DNA of 64,000 bases from an uncultured Clostridia bacterium (GTDB lineage Bacteria; Bacillota; Clostridia; Christensenellales; UBA1242): NCBI GenBank assembly GCA_947366545.1, contig CANBAL010000001.1, positions 122,504-186,503 of the forward strand, given 5' to 3'. Within the stretch, counting starts at the first letter, position 1; every line of letters starts with the position of its first letter. Below, piece by piece: positions 27,465-36,800 of this stretch. The position numbers and the translations under genes were made by a program. The notes below the pieces were generated by a model. The model was given only the letters and a program-made list of their open reading frames with translations, was not told the origin of the DNA and made no database searches.

Positions 27465-27493
27465 ATTATATATTATTAATACCTAATTGTCAA
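27465..27493 (-). promoter_or_regulatory. Promoter of the rpsF-ssb-rpsR operon
   Basis: On the minus strand: TTGACA (27493-27488), 17 nt, TATAAT (27470-27465). Confidence 0.65.
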
Positions 27494-27519
27494 GCAAAAC
27501 TATCAATTTTAATTTAATA

Positions 27520-27548
27520 TTGACAATCCCATTAAACTGTGCTAAAAT
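27520..27548 (+). promoter_or_regulatory. Promoter of the 27578-28754 small-gene cluster
   Basis: TTGACA (27520-27525), 17 nt, TAAAAT (27543-27548). Confidence 0.6.
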
Positions 27549-27577
27549 TACACCACATTTACAAAAGGGAGAAAAAT

Positions 27578-27850
27578 ATGAAAGAAATTAGGGAAAAATT
27601 CCGCTTTTTATGTAAAAAGCATACCGATTTGTACTATAAAGTCCAAGACTTAACTGGTAGTGCGAAAGAAATTGCTGATAAAGGACTTGAACACTGCTTA
27701 AATAGATTACGCTCGGCAGACTCTTTTATTGAAAGCAAAAAAAGTACACGAACAATAAATCTTGTTTTGGAAGGCATAGAAAAGGAACTAAAAATAATAT
27801 ACTGGCAGGTAAGCCAAGCCTTGAACGGCGAAAGTGAAACTGAGGAGTAA
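27578..27850 (+). CDS. Small helical hypothetical protein (90 aa), paralogue A
   Basis: GGGAG SD before the ATG at 27578; the tracked GTG at 27539 overlaps the promoter. It resembles the next ORF. Confidence 0.6.
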   Translation: MKEIREKFRFLCKKHTDLYYKVQDLTGSAKEIADKGLEHCLNRLRSADSFIESKKSTRTINLVLEGIEKELKIIYWQVSQALNGESETEE

Positions 27851-27858
27851 TCAAGCAC

Positions 27859-28152
27859 ATGGACACTTTGTATAAACAACTACAATTTCTATTTGAACAA
27901 TATAAGAGACTGGACAACTATTTAAAACCATTTGGAGTGAACAGAACTATAGATACACGAAAAAAATTAAACAAAGTTTTAAGCCAAATTGTCCTACTTG
28001 ACACCATGTTTAAATATGTTGAGCAGTTTGGAGTAACCCGCTACGCAAGCGAATTGTTTGAAATTGAATCCGAACTAAAATGGCTTTATATATATTTTGA
28101 CCTCGACTGGACGGCTCCACAAACTGGTCAAAATTCAACCGCAGAGCAGTAA
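27859..28152 (+). CDS. Small helical hypothetical protein (97 aa), paralogue B
   Basis: It shares the (F/L).FL....Y..L ... L...L......D(S/T).(F/I)...E ... (I/F)E.ELK..Y layout with the preceding ORF. Confidence 0.55.
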   Translation: MDTLYKQLQFLFEQYKRLDNYLKPFGVNRTIDTRKKLNKVLSQIVLLDTMFKYVEQFGVTRYASELFEIESELKWLYIYFDLDWTAPQTGQNSTAEQ

Positions 28153-28199
28153 TATTGTCCAATTGTTGCTATCCATCATAAACTATAAAAGGAGACAAC

Positions 28200-28754
28200 A
28201 TGAAAATTCATACATGGCAATCAGCACCAAACGAACAAGGCTGGAAAAAAGTAAAGTGCGCAGATGGCACTATTGTACTTGAAAATATTAAAACCGGAAA
28301 ACTAATCGATAAAGGCTTTGTTCATACAGATCTACCCAACAATGCGGGCTGGATTTTTGCGGAATATGATATTGAAGGTGAAAAAGAACTTTTCAATGTA
28401 AATTCCGAAAAATTTTTTAAACCAGATGACTATATTATACTGTCAAAACCTAATAGCAAAGGATGGATGTGCGTTAGACATGAGAACACCACCACCTTTT
28501 ACAACATTTATACAAGAAAATATTCAGATATTACTTGCAAACATGCAAAATCACTTGGTGAAGATAGTTGGTCAACAGTTGAACTTGATGACGGCTTTAC
28601 TTACGCTAACCCCGAAATTAATATTATTCTACCCATAAGATTTGAAAGAGAATATTATTTGTCTTGGCACACTGTTTGTATAGAATGCCCAGATGCATTC
28701 AAATATTTACCAACGGTAGTTAAAGAAAAGTATCAAAATAATGAAAGTGAATAA
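28200..28754 (+). CDS. GW/WG-type beta-repeat protein (184 aa)
   Basis: AAGGAGA SD. GW-containing ~30-aa units recur (QGWKKVKC.DG, AGWIFAEYD, KGWMCVRHE, DSWSTVELDDG). Confidence 0.6.
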   Translation: MKIHTWQSAPNEQGWKKVKCADGTIVLENIKTGKLIDKGFVHTDLPNNAGWIFAEYDIEGEKELFNVNSEKFFKPDDYIILSKPNSKGWMCVRHENTTTFYNIYTRKYSDITCKHAKSLGEDSWSTVELDDGFTYANPEINIILPIRFEREYYLSWHTVCIECPDAFKYLPTVVKEKYQNNESE

Positions 28755-28779
28755 AAAACGAGGATACCCTCGTTTTTTT
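28753..28779. terminator. Bidirectional terminator
   Basis: Stem ACGAGG/CCTCGT with an ATAC loop and flanking A and T runs, between convergent genes. Confidence 0.75.
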
Positions 28780-31489
28780 ATTTTCCACAACAATTTTTGT
28801 ATTTCTTTCCGCTTCCGCATGGACATGGGTCATTACGCCCTACCTTGGCTTGTGTGTTGATTACTGTTTTCTGTACCTGTGGTTTCTTTGCTTGTTTTGC
28901 ACGCTCCTCTGGCGTAAGTTCCTTACCTGTGATTACCACATTATAGCGTGGCTGTTCTGGCACTGGTTCCGCACGCTGAAGCCTATTGTTGAGAAGAACA
29001 TAACAGGTTTTTTCCTTAATTTCATAAATCATTTTATCAAAAAGTTCATAGCCGTCTTGTTTATATGCGAGTACTGGATCTTGATTACCAAATCCTCTTG
29101 CAAAAATTTCATTTTTCATGATTTGCATATCTTCAATATGCCCCATCCAGTTGATATCTACCATTCTAAGCAAGACTAATCTCTCGATTTTTGCAAACTC
29201 AACCCCAAGTTCTTCAGCTTCCTTCTTTCTTTCAGCAAATCTTTCTGTGACAAGTTTTAAAACCTTCTCTTCAATATCTTTCACATCGCAGCCTTCTATA
29301 AATTTCTCGTTGACAAGATTGCTGCCTTTTTCAAGAAGTCCTCTTTCTAGTTCGGTGTTAAGTTTCTCGACATCCCATTCGTAATATGGTTTATCATCGT
29401 CAATACATCTTCTTACTACTTTTGAAATAATTTCTGGGAACATATTGAGGATTTGGTCATGCACTGGCATGCCATCAAGCACGGTGTTTCTTTCATTATA
29501 AATTACCTCTCTCTGCTTATTGAGTACATCGTCAAAGCGGAGCACCGTCTTTCTTTGTGCAAAGTTTTGAAGTTCAATCTTTCTTTGTGCAGATTCTATC
29601 TGTCTTGAAAGCATTTTAAGTTGTATTGGCGTTGAATCATCAAGCCTAAACATTGTGGCAATTCGTTTCATCTTATCGCCGCCAAATCGTCTGATAAGAT
29701 CATCCTCAAGTGACAAGAAGAACACACTTGAACCTGGGTCACCCTGTCTTCCGGCACGACCACGAAGCTGGTTGTCAATACGGCGAGATTCATGTCTTTC
29801 AGTGCCTATAATATGAAGTCCGCCAAGAGAAATAACCTCCTCTTTTTCCTTGTCAGTCACAGCCTTATATTCTTTATAAAGTTGATTAAATCTATCTCTT
29901 GCTTCGTTAAGCCTAGCATCATCCACCCTATTGAACGCGGTGGCGTAAGAGATTTCCTCGTCAGTAAAATTCTCCTCTTTTAGGCGTTTCTTTGCCATAA
30001 ATTCTGGGTTACCACCAAGAAGAATATCTGTACCACGGCCAGCCATGTTTGTTGCAATGGTGACAGAGCCTTTTCTTCCTGCCTGTGCTACAATTTCACT
30101 TTCCATTTCATTATTCTTCGCATTAAGCACGGTGTGTTTGATTTTTGCTTGCTTAAGTGCCTTGGAAAGAAGTTCACTCTTATCAATATTGATAGTACCT
30201 ACAAGCACAGGTTGTCCTGTTTCATGGCAACCTTTGATTTCTTCTATAATTGCTTCAATCTTTCCTTTTTCGGTTACATAAACTATATCTGGCTCATCTC
30301 GTCTTTGATTTGGTCTATTTGGTGGAATTTGGACAACGTCAAGGTTGTAAATTGTCCTAAATTCACCCTCTTCGGTTTTCGCAGTACCCGTCATTCCTGA
30401 CAACTTTTTGTATAACCTAAAATAATTTTGGAAGGTAATGGTGGCAAGGGTTTGATTTTCATCCTTTATCTGCACTCCCTCTTTCGCTTCTATCGCTTGG
30501 TGCAAACCTTGATTAAATCTACGTCCCGGCATAAGACGACCAGTAAACTCATCAACAATAAGAATTTCACCATTCTTTACAATATAATTCTCATCGGCAT
30601 GCATAGTATAATTTGCACGAAGAGCATTGTTTATATAGTGAGAAAGTTCCAAATTCTCGATATCAGCAAGATTCTCCACCTTAAAAAATCGTTCAGCCTT
30701 TTCGATACCGCTTTCAGTAAGGTTTAGTTGTTTTGTCTTTTCATCAATTTCAACATCATCTTCCTTCTTTAAGGTTTTTACAAACTTCTGTGCATTAACA
30801 TATCCATCACTGGATTTATTTCCACGGCCGCTTATGATAAGTGGTGTCCTTGCCTCATCAATAAGGATGCTATCCACCTCATCCACGATTGCAAAAGCAT
30901 GCCCGCGTTGTACCCTAGCACCAGCTTCGGCCGCCATATTATCTCTTAGATAATCAAAGCCCAATTCATTATTTGTGCAATATGTGATATCGGCGTCATA
31001 TGCCATCTTCTTTTCTTGTGGATTTTGCCCGCTTAAAGTAACGCCAACCTTTAACCCTAAGAATTTGAATACTTTACCCATCCACTCAGCATCACGCTTT
31101 GCAAGATATTCATTGACTGTAACAATATGCACACCTTTTCCATTAAGTGCATTTAAATAAGCAGGGAGAGTCTCTACAAAGGTTTTACCTTCACCTGTTT
31201 TCATCTCGGCAATTCTGCCTTGATGAATAGCAATACCTCCTAAAATCTGAACATAGAAGTGCCTCATGTTAAGCACTCTTGTCGCCGCCTCCCTCACTAC
31301 AGCATAGGCTTCAGGCAAAAGATCATTCAGCGTTTCGCCTACCTTTAGCCTATCTTTAAACTCCTGTGTGCAGGCAGTAAGTTGCTCATTTGAATAGTTT
31401 TTATACTTGTCTTCAAGTGCAACCACTTTGTCTGCAATTTTACGTAATTTTTTAATTTGTGTTGTGTTTTCGCTTACGAATAGTCCCAT
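28778..31489 (-). CDS. secA: Preprotein translocase ATPase SecA
   Basis: 903 aa with MKTGEGKT (Walker A), DEVDSILIDEARTPLIIS, TNMAGRGTDI and a C-terminal Zn finger CPCGSGKKYKNCCG. Confidence 0.97.
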   Translation of the reverse strand: MGLFVSENTTQIKKLRKIADKVVALEDKYKNYSNEQLTACTQEFKDRLKVGETLNDLLPEAYAVVREAATRVLNMRHFYVQILGGIAIHQGRIAEMKTGEGKTFVETLPAYLNALNGKGVHIVTVNEYLAKRDAEWMGKVFKFLGLKVGVTLSGQNPQEKKMAYDADITYCTNNELGFDYLRDNMAAEAGARVQRGHAFAIVDEVDSILIDEARTPLIISGRGNKSSDGYVNAQKFVKTLKKEDDVEIDEKTKQLNLTESGIEKAERFFKVENLADIENLELSHYINNALRANYTMHADENYIVKNGEILIVDEFTGRLMPGRRFNQGLHQAIEAKEGVQIKDENQTLATITFQNYFRLYKKLSGMTGTAKTEEGEFRTIYNLDVVQIPPNRPNQRRDEPDIVYVTEKGKIEAIIEEIKGCHETGQPVLVGTINIDKSELLSKALKQAKIKHTVLNAKNNEMESEIVAQAGRKGSVTIATNMAGRGTDILLGGNPEFMAKKRLKEENFTDEEISYATAFNRVDDARLNEARDRFNQLYKEYKAVTDKEKEEVISLGGLHIIGTERHESRRIDNQLRGRAGRQGDPGSSVFFLSLEDDLIRRFGGDKMKRIATMFRLDDSTPIQLKMLSRQIESAQRKIELQNFAQRKTVLRFDDVLNKQREVIYNERNTVLDGMPVHDQILNMFPEIISKVVRRCIDDDKPYYEWDVEKLNTELERGLLEKGSNLVNEKFIEGCDVKDIEEKVLKLVTERFAERKKEAEELGVEFAKIERLVLLRMVDINWMGHIEDMQIMKNEIFARGFGNQDPVLAYKQDGYELFDKMIYEIKEKTCYVLLNNRLQRAEPVPEQPRYNVVITGKELTPEERAKQAKKPQVQKTVINTQAKVGRNDPCPCGSGKKYKNCCGK

Positions 31490-31631
31490 TTTATCTCCTT
31501 AATTTGAATACATTTTATCAAAAAAATACTGAAATATCAACTCTTTTACAACCCAGTGTTGTCATTTTTGATTTTTGACAAAGTTTTACTACAAAAAACA
31601 ACATAATTCAATAAAAATAAAAATTTGGGTA

Positions 31632-31660
31632 TTGACTTATCCCTCAACTTGAACTATAAT
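31632..31660 (+). promoter_or_regulatory. Promoter of the 678-aa orphan gene
   Basis: TTGACT (31632-31637), 17 nt, TATAAT (31655-31660). An AAGGAG SD follows. Confidence 0.65.
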
Positions 31661-31689
31661 ACACTTAACAAAATAAAAGGAGAACATAT

Positions 31690-33726
31690 ATGGCACTTTT
31701 TAAAGGTTTAATAAAAGAAGGCAACATTGTAGCAAATCCTGCTGCCGACATAACTCCACTTGCAAATACTGCTTTTAACGAGGCAAGAGCAAAACTTAGC
31801 GATAAAATCACCTCTCTTAAAGACTTTTTTGCTTTTATGCAAAACAATGAAGCATTTCTTGGCGACAAAGTTTTATCTAGCATTAAAGCACGCATTGAAG
31901 AAGCAAGAAAACTTGGAAATCTTAGGCAATATAGAGTAGTGCAACCAGAAACTCTTGAAATCGAAAGTTTTGGGTATAAACATACTATGGATAGGATAAT
32001 TGATGATCAACCAGTAGTGGCAACTGCAAAAATAAACTATCTTCTTGCAAACCTCGATAAAGTGATTGAACTTTTAAGTTTGGAAGATGTGGATTTCAAC
32101 TCTTTTAATCTAGTAAAGCCAGAAGGAAACTGCACATACAATCTTAATCGTTATATCAACAACCTTGCACAACATGCTGATAAACTTCACCTTGTAGAAG
32201 GTAATCTCGGCAACTTAAGTGACACAAAAGAAACATTTTCAGGCGAGTTAGTTGATGCGATTACAAGATACCCTGCTGTCGCAGCTGCAGAAATCGAAAA
32301 TTTTGTTGAAAGAGAAAAAGCTATCAACGCTAAAATAAACGAAATTTTACAAAACTTAGGTGCTGTCGGCGATAGCTGGAATGAGAATTTACAGGGACTT
32401 GCCCAGACATATAAAATTATAAATGAACTGAATAACAAGAGTTTTAATCTTTTGACCGAAAAAGCAGAATATGAAGAACTTTTAAAGACTTTTGAAGCTG
32501 AAATTGACAGTAGAGCAAAAGACGAACCTCTTACCGAACTGAGATCACAACCTTGGCTTAAACAAGAGGAATTTAATGAGAAAAAACTTGCCGCACTTCT
32601 TCAAAAACAGCAATCAAAATATTTAGAGCATCTCCAAGAACTTGCTTCTAAGCAGAATCTGCTTAAGAAAGTAGGAGAAGATTATGAGCTTTACAAAGGA
32701 ATAAACAATTTACTCCCTTACGAGCTTATGAGACTTTTATCAAAAGATAATAATTTTGTAATACATACAAACAATGTTACATTTGATAGCAAAGAAAAAG
32801 ACTTTGCCAAACTTAGTGAAAATGTGCTTTTCTTAACAGACAAACAAAATCTTATCCTTGAATCAGAATATTATAGACTTTGTGACGCAATGAAAACCCG
32901 CAACCTTGGCGGCGAGTTCCCTAACTTTGCCAAAGATTACAAGAATGGCAGAAAGTTTGAAGGCATATCATTTGAAACTAAAAAGGAAATCTTTAATTTT
33001 ATCAATAAAGAAGGCTCATCTCTTTACAAAGCATTAACAGCACAAAAACAAAACAATTTTGACTCATTCTATGTTGATACACTTCTTACAGAACATATAA
33101 TGGTAAACCTTGATACAGTGCACACATTATTGCAACTTGAAGGATACAAAAACACAAAACAAACACTTGAAGAAATAATGCTAAACAACACATATACAAA
33201 TATGGAAGTAAATGAAGAAATTGATAAAAATTATGCAATTTACTGCCAAACTACTCAACAAATGCAAAAACTGCAAGCGGAATACAAAAAATTAGATTTA
33301 AGTATGCAAAAGTACAAAGCGGCATATTACCAACCATACAAAAACTTAGGTTTTGCAGCCTTTGACACTTTCAATAAGGAAATGGCTGAAGTAACATTCC
33401 CTATCAAAAAGGACACCGCTGATAAAACTGGATATTTTGACAAAGAATTTGATGTTTTGGAAATCGATATTGATGCATTCAAAGATGCAGAAGAAAAATA
33501 TGGTGAAAAATGTACAGATGAGATTGAGAAGATTGAACAATGTTTAAACAGCGAAGAAAAAGATGACGCAAACAAAGTCCAAAAGGCACTTGATTTAATC
33601 AGCTTAGATGAAAGACATAAAACAAATATCAGAAAAACAATTGTAAATCACACTATTGCTTTCACTGAACTGGTAAGAATTCTCAACAAGGAACTCTTTA
33701 CTAGCCTTGACAATGAAAATAAATAA
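31690..33726 (+). CDS. Large orphan alpha-helical/coiled-coil-like protein (678 aa)
   Basis: Strong promoter, SD and terminator. The composition is E/K/N/L-rich. I could identify no TM segment, signal peptide, P-loop or known motif. Confidence 0.75.
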   Translation: MALFKGLIKEGNIVANPAADITPLANTAFNEARAKLSDKITSLKDFFAFMQNNEAFLGDKVLSSIKARIEEARKLGNLRQYRVVQPETLEIESFGYKHTMDRIIDDQPVVATAKINYLLANLDKVIELLSLEDVDFNSFNLVKPEGNCTYNLNRYINNLAQHADKLHLVEGNLGNLSDTKETFSGELVDAITRYPAVAAAEIENFVEREKAINAKINEILQNLGAVGDSWNENLQGLAQTYKIINELNNKSFNLLTEKAEYEELLKTFEAEIDSRAKDEPLTELRSQPWLKQEEFNEKKLAALLQKQQSKYLEHLQELASKQNLLKKVGEDYELYKGINNLLPYELMRLLSKDNNFVIHTNNVTFDSKEKDFAKLSENVLFLTDKQNLILESEYYRLCDAMKTRNLGGEFPNFAKDYKNGRKFEGISFETKKEIFNFINKEGSSLYKALTAQKQNNFDSFYVDTLLTEHIMVNLDTVHTLLQLEGYKNTKQTLEEIMLNNTYTNMEVNEEIDKNYAIYCQTTQQMQKLQAEYKKLDLSMQKYKAAYYQPYKNLGFAAFDTFNKEMAEVTFPIKKDTADKTGYFDKEFDVLEIDIDAFKDAEEKYGEKCTDEIEKIEQCLNSEEKDDANKVQKALDLISLDERHKTNIRKTIVNHTIAFTELVRILNKELFTSLDNENK

Positions 33727-33729
33727 AGG

Positions 33730-33759
33730 AAAACGACCTGATTTAAGGTCGTTTTTTTG
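33730..33759 (+). terminator. Rho-independent terminator
   Basis: Stem AACGACCT/AGGTCGTT followed by a T7 run. Confidence 0.75.
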
Positions 33760-33844
33760 TCGATAATTTAAGATATTTGCTCGGTCGATCCTTGACAATA
33801 GGCCTATTAAATGTTATTATTATAATATAATACTGGAGGAATAT

Positions 33845-36800
33845 ATGGCAGAAAGCACAGTTGAAAACAAAATAACAATCAAAGAGGGAGAGGGACAAAC
33901 AAAACTTGTTCAAAAATTTACAATGACAAGTGCTGAGAAGAAGCCCCTTATGACCTTTTCTGTCAATGGCAAACAAATTGGAAGTATTACAAGTAAATTT
34001 CTTCTCACTTTAAAATCGGAAGTTGTAAAGGCTCTGCCACCAGAGATTAAAAAGGCACTTGCTTTTGGTGAAGATGACAACCTTTTGAAAATTGAGCCTA
34101 TTAAAGACGGCGTTTGCCCTATCGAGATAGACGCAAAAAATAATGAACTTAAAGTGCATATCAAAGCAAAAGACGGCAGTAAAATTTATGAATGTCGTAT
34201 CAACGCCACCGGTGTTTACCTTAATTATGACGGAAATGAATCCTCATACACACCTAACGAGGTTGATGGCAAACCTCAGGCTATTGATGTAACAATGAGT
34301 ACAAAATGTTTTGAGAGAATGCTTGATAAGGACAATCCTCAGATTAAACTTGCGGGGGTCTCCAAAACTGAAAACATTACCCCAAAACAAGTGCCTGCTT
34401 TTATGCTTGGCACCTATCTAGAAGCAACCAAGCAAGAAGCCGAAACAGCAGGAGAAAATAATATATCGGAAGATTTTTCCTCCTTCACTCTTTCACTTCC
34501 CAATAAGGTTGGCACAAGTGCTTATCACTTTGTAAAAAATGAGAAAAACGGACAAGTCTACGCTTTCCATAGCGGCTCCTTAAAACCTATTCACAGTTTT
34601 GCAATATTTACGACAAGAGATGAGGATGGCAATGTTAAATCCCCTTACCTTAAAATGAATGTAGGCACAAAGACAAAACCTGTATACGCATACATTGACC
34701 TGCCAAAATCAGAAGGTGAAAATGCTGTGGATCCAAAATTCCTCGACGCGGTTGCACAGATCAAAGAATACTTTGGTGACAGCGTTACCTTCCCTGCCGC
34801 AGAAAGTGGGAAAAGCGTCATTGGCAAGGACAGCAAAGGAAACGAAATATACGCAGAGTGGGCAAGTTCAGATGACGAAAGAAAATTCGAAACAAAGGTG
34901 AAGGGCAAGACTTTTACTTTTAGTGTTGAACCTACCACATTAGAAAGTGGGGATACAGCACATAGCGTAAAAGAAGGAGATGAACTCTCCCCTGCCGCCA
35001 AAGTTAATGAAAAAACCAGCGCTGTCATGGATGAATCCAGCGAAGAAAAAGACACCCCTACACCTGTAAAGAAAGAAGATCCTGTCGCAACAGAAAAAAG
35101 TGGCAAAGAGCGACTTCAAGAAGAGACTCCTTTTGCAAGCACACCTATGAAAAGTGTAGATATGTCAAAGGTTAAATCAAAAATAAGCCCAGATTGGGGT
35201 GTAAATATGATGCTAGCTGGCATGGTACTCATGCTTGTCGGTCTTTTGCTTGGCCCCGCCCTTGCAGCAGTCTTTGCATGTGTTGGCGTAGCCGTAACTG
35301 CTGGTGGCGGCTGGCTTGCTGTAAATGCTGACAGACTTGCAAATCCTTACCTTAAAATAGAACAATACATTATAGACCCATTAAAGAAAAAAGAAAGAGC
35401 GTCTGAAAAAGAAAGAGAAGCACATTGGGAAAAGACTAAAGAACTTAGTGCTGCCAGTGCAAACGCTGAGATGACAAAAGGAAATCTTCTAGACACAAAA
35501 GAAAATCTAGACGCAAAATTTTGGAATGAAATATTTGGAAAGGACTATGAAGATTTTATTAGTGACGGCAACCTACTTAAAAGAAAAGCATTTTTAGAAG
35601 AATTACAACTCATAAACAATGCAAGTGGGGATGAAAAAGCAAAAATGATAGATGCTTTTAAAATTCGTTATGGCCTTTCTGAAGATGGACTTAATAATCT
35701 CCTTGGCGAAGAGAAGGCAGAAGCGAGAGAAAAAGCCCTTGCCGCTATGCGAAAATTAAACCAAGAACAAGAAGATGTCCACAAAAAACAAATGGACATG
35801 ATAGAAAACGCTAAACAACTAAATGAATTCACCTTTAAAAAGATTTGTGAAGATATGAAAAGTCTTTCTCCAGAAGCTAGAAAAGAGGCCATGGAGCAAA
35901 ACAAGTATGCAATTGCTATGCACTTAATGTCCCAAAATCATCTTTCACAGGCAGCGACTGAACAAATCCTCGCTGTTTTGCCAGAAGATTGCCATGAAGC
36001 TTTAACTGGGGCAATAACTGAAATCGCAAAAATGTCAACACAAGTAGATGCTATCACTTTAAATGCAGCAAATAGGACAAAAGACCATCAAAAAACACGC
36101 GATTATGCTGAAACGATGAAAGAAATTGATGCTAAGAATTCTTCAGACTTTGGCTCCCCTACAAAAGTGGGTGAGGCCGCATTATCCTATATAGTTGCAA
36201 ATTCAACAGACGATATGCAAATCCATAAAGAAATTGAAGCATGGACTTTTGGACACACTGACTTTGCAAAAACAATTACTGATAGCATTATAACTGTTGA
36301 TACAAGTGACACCACCCCAAATTCATTGGGAGGTTTGCTAAAAGAACAGCGTGAATTGCTTACAACAAAAATTGGACTTAGAACACTTGGAGAAGCCGTT
36401 TTGACAGATGGACTAAAAGCCGAGGTTGTAACCCCACTTGACAACTCCGCCGATTCTTTAGAAGCACTACACTCTAGATCTGTAGAAAAAGAAAAGGTAG
36501 ACATGCTATATGCTCTTCGTCACCTACCTACAGTTGAAGACAATGTGGATATTGAAGCAGAATTTAATGAAATTGACTCAAAGATTGAAAAAGCAATAGC
36601 CGAATCTATTAATCTTGATGAATTGGAGAAGCGTGTAAACAACATCCCTTCTGCTGCTAAAGCAAGTGTAGCTCCAGAAGTGCTTGATTCTTTCATGAAA
36701 AGTGATAACTTAAAAATGTTTTCTGAAAAACAAAGAAAACAACTTGCTCTTCTATACTCAGCAGATATACCCGAACTCGGCACATTCATGGCTGCAATGG

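Noticed and set aside
31559-31581. The inverted repeat TTGTCA-N11-TGACAA in the secA/orphan-gene spacer, considered as an operator or origin element.
   Set aside because: It has a 6-bp AT-rich stem and occurs only once. It could simply reflect overlapping -35-like hexamers of divergent promoters.
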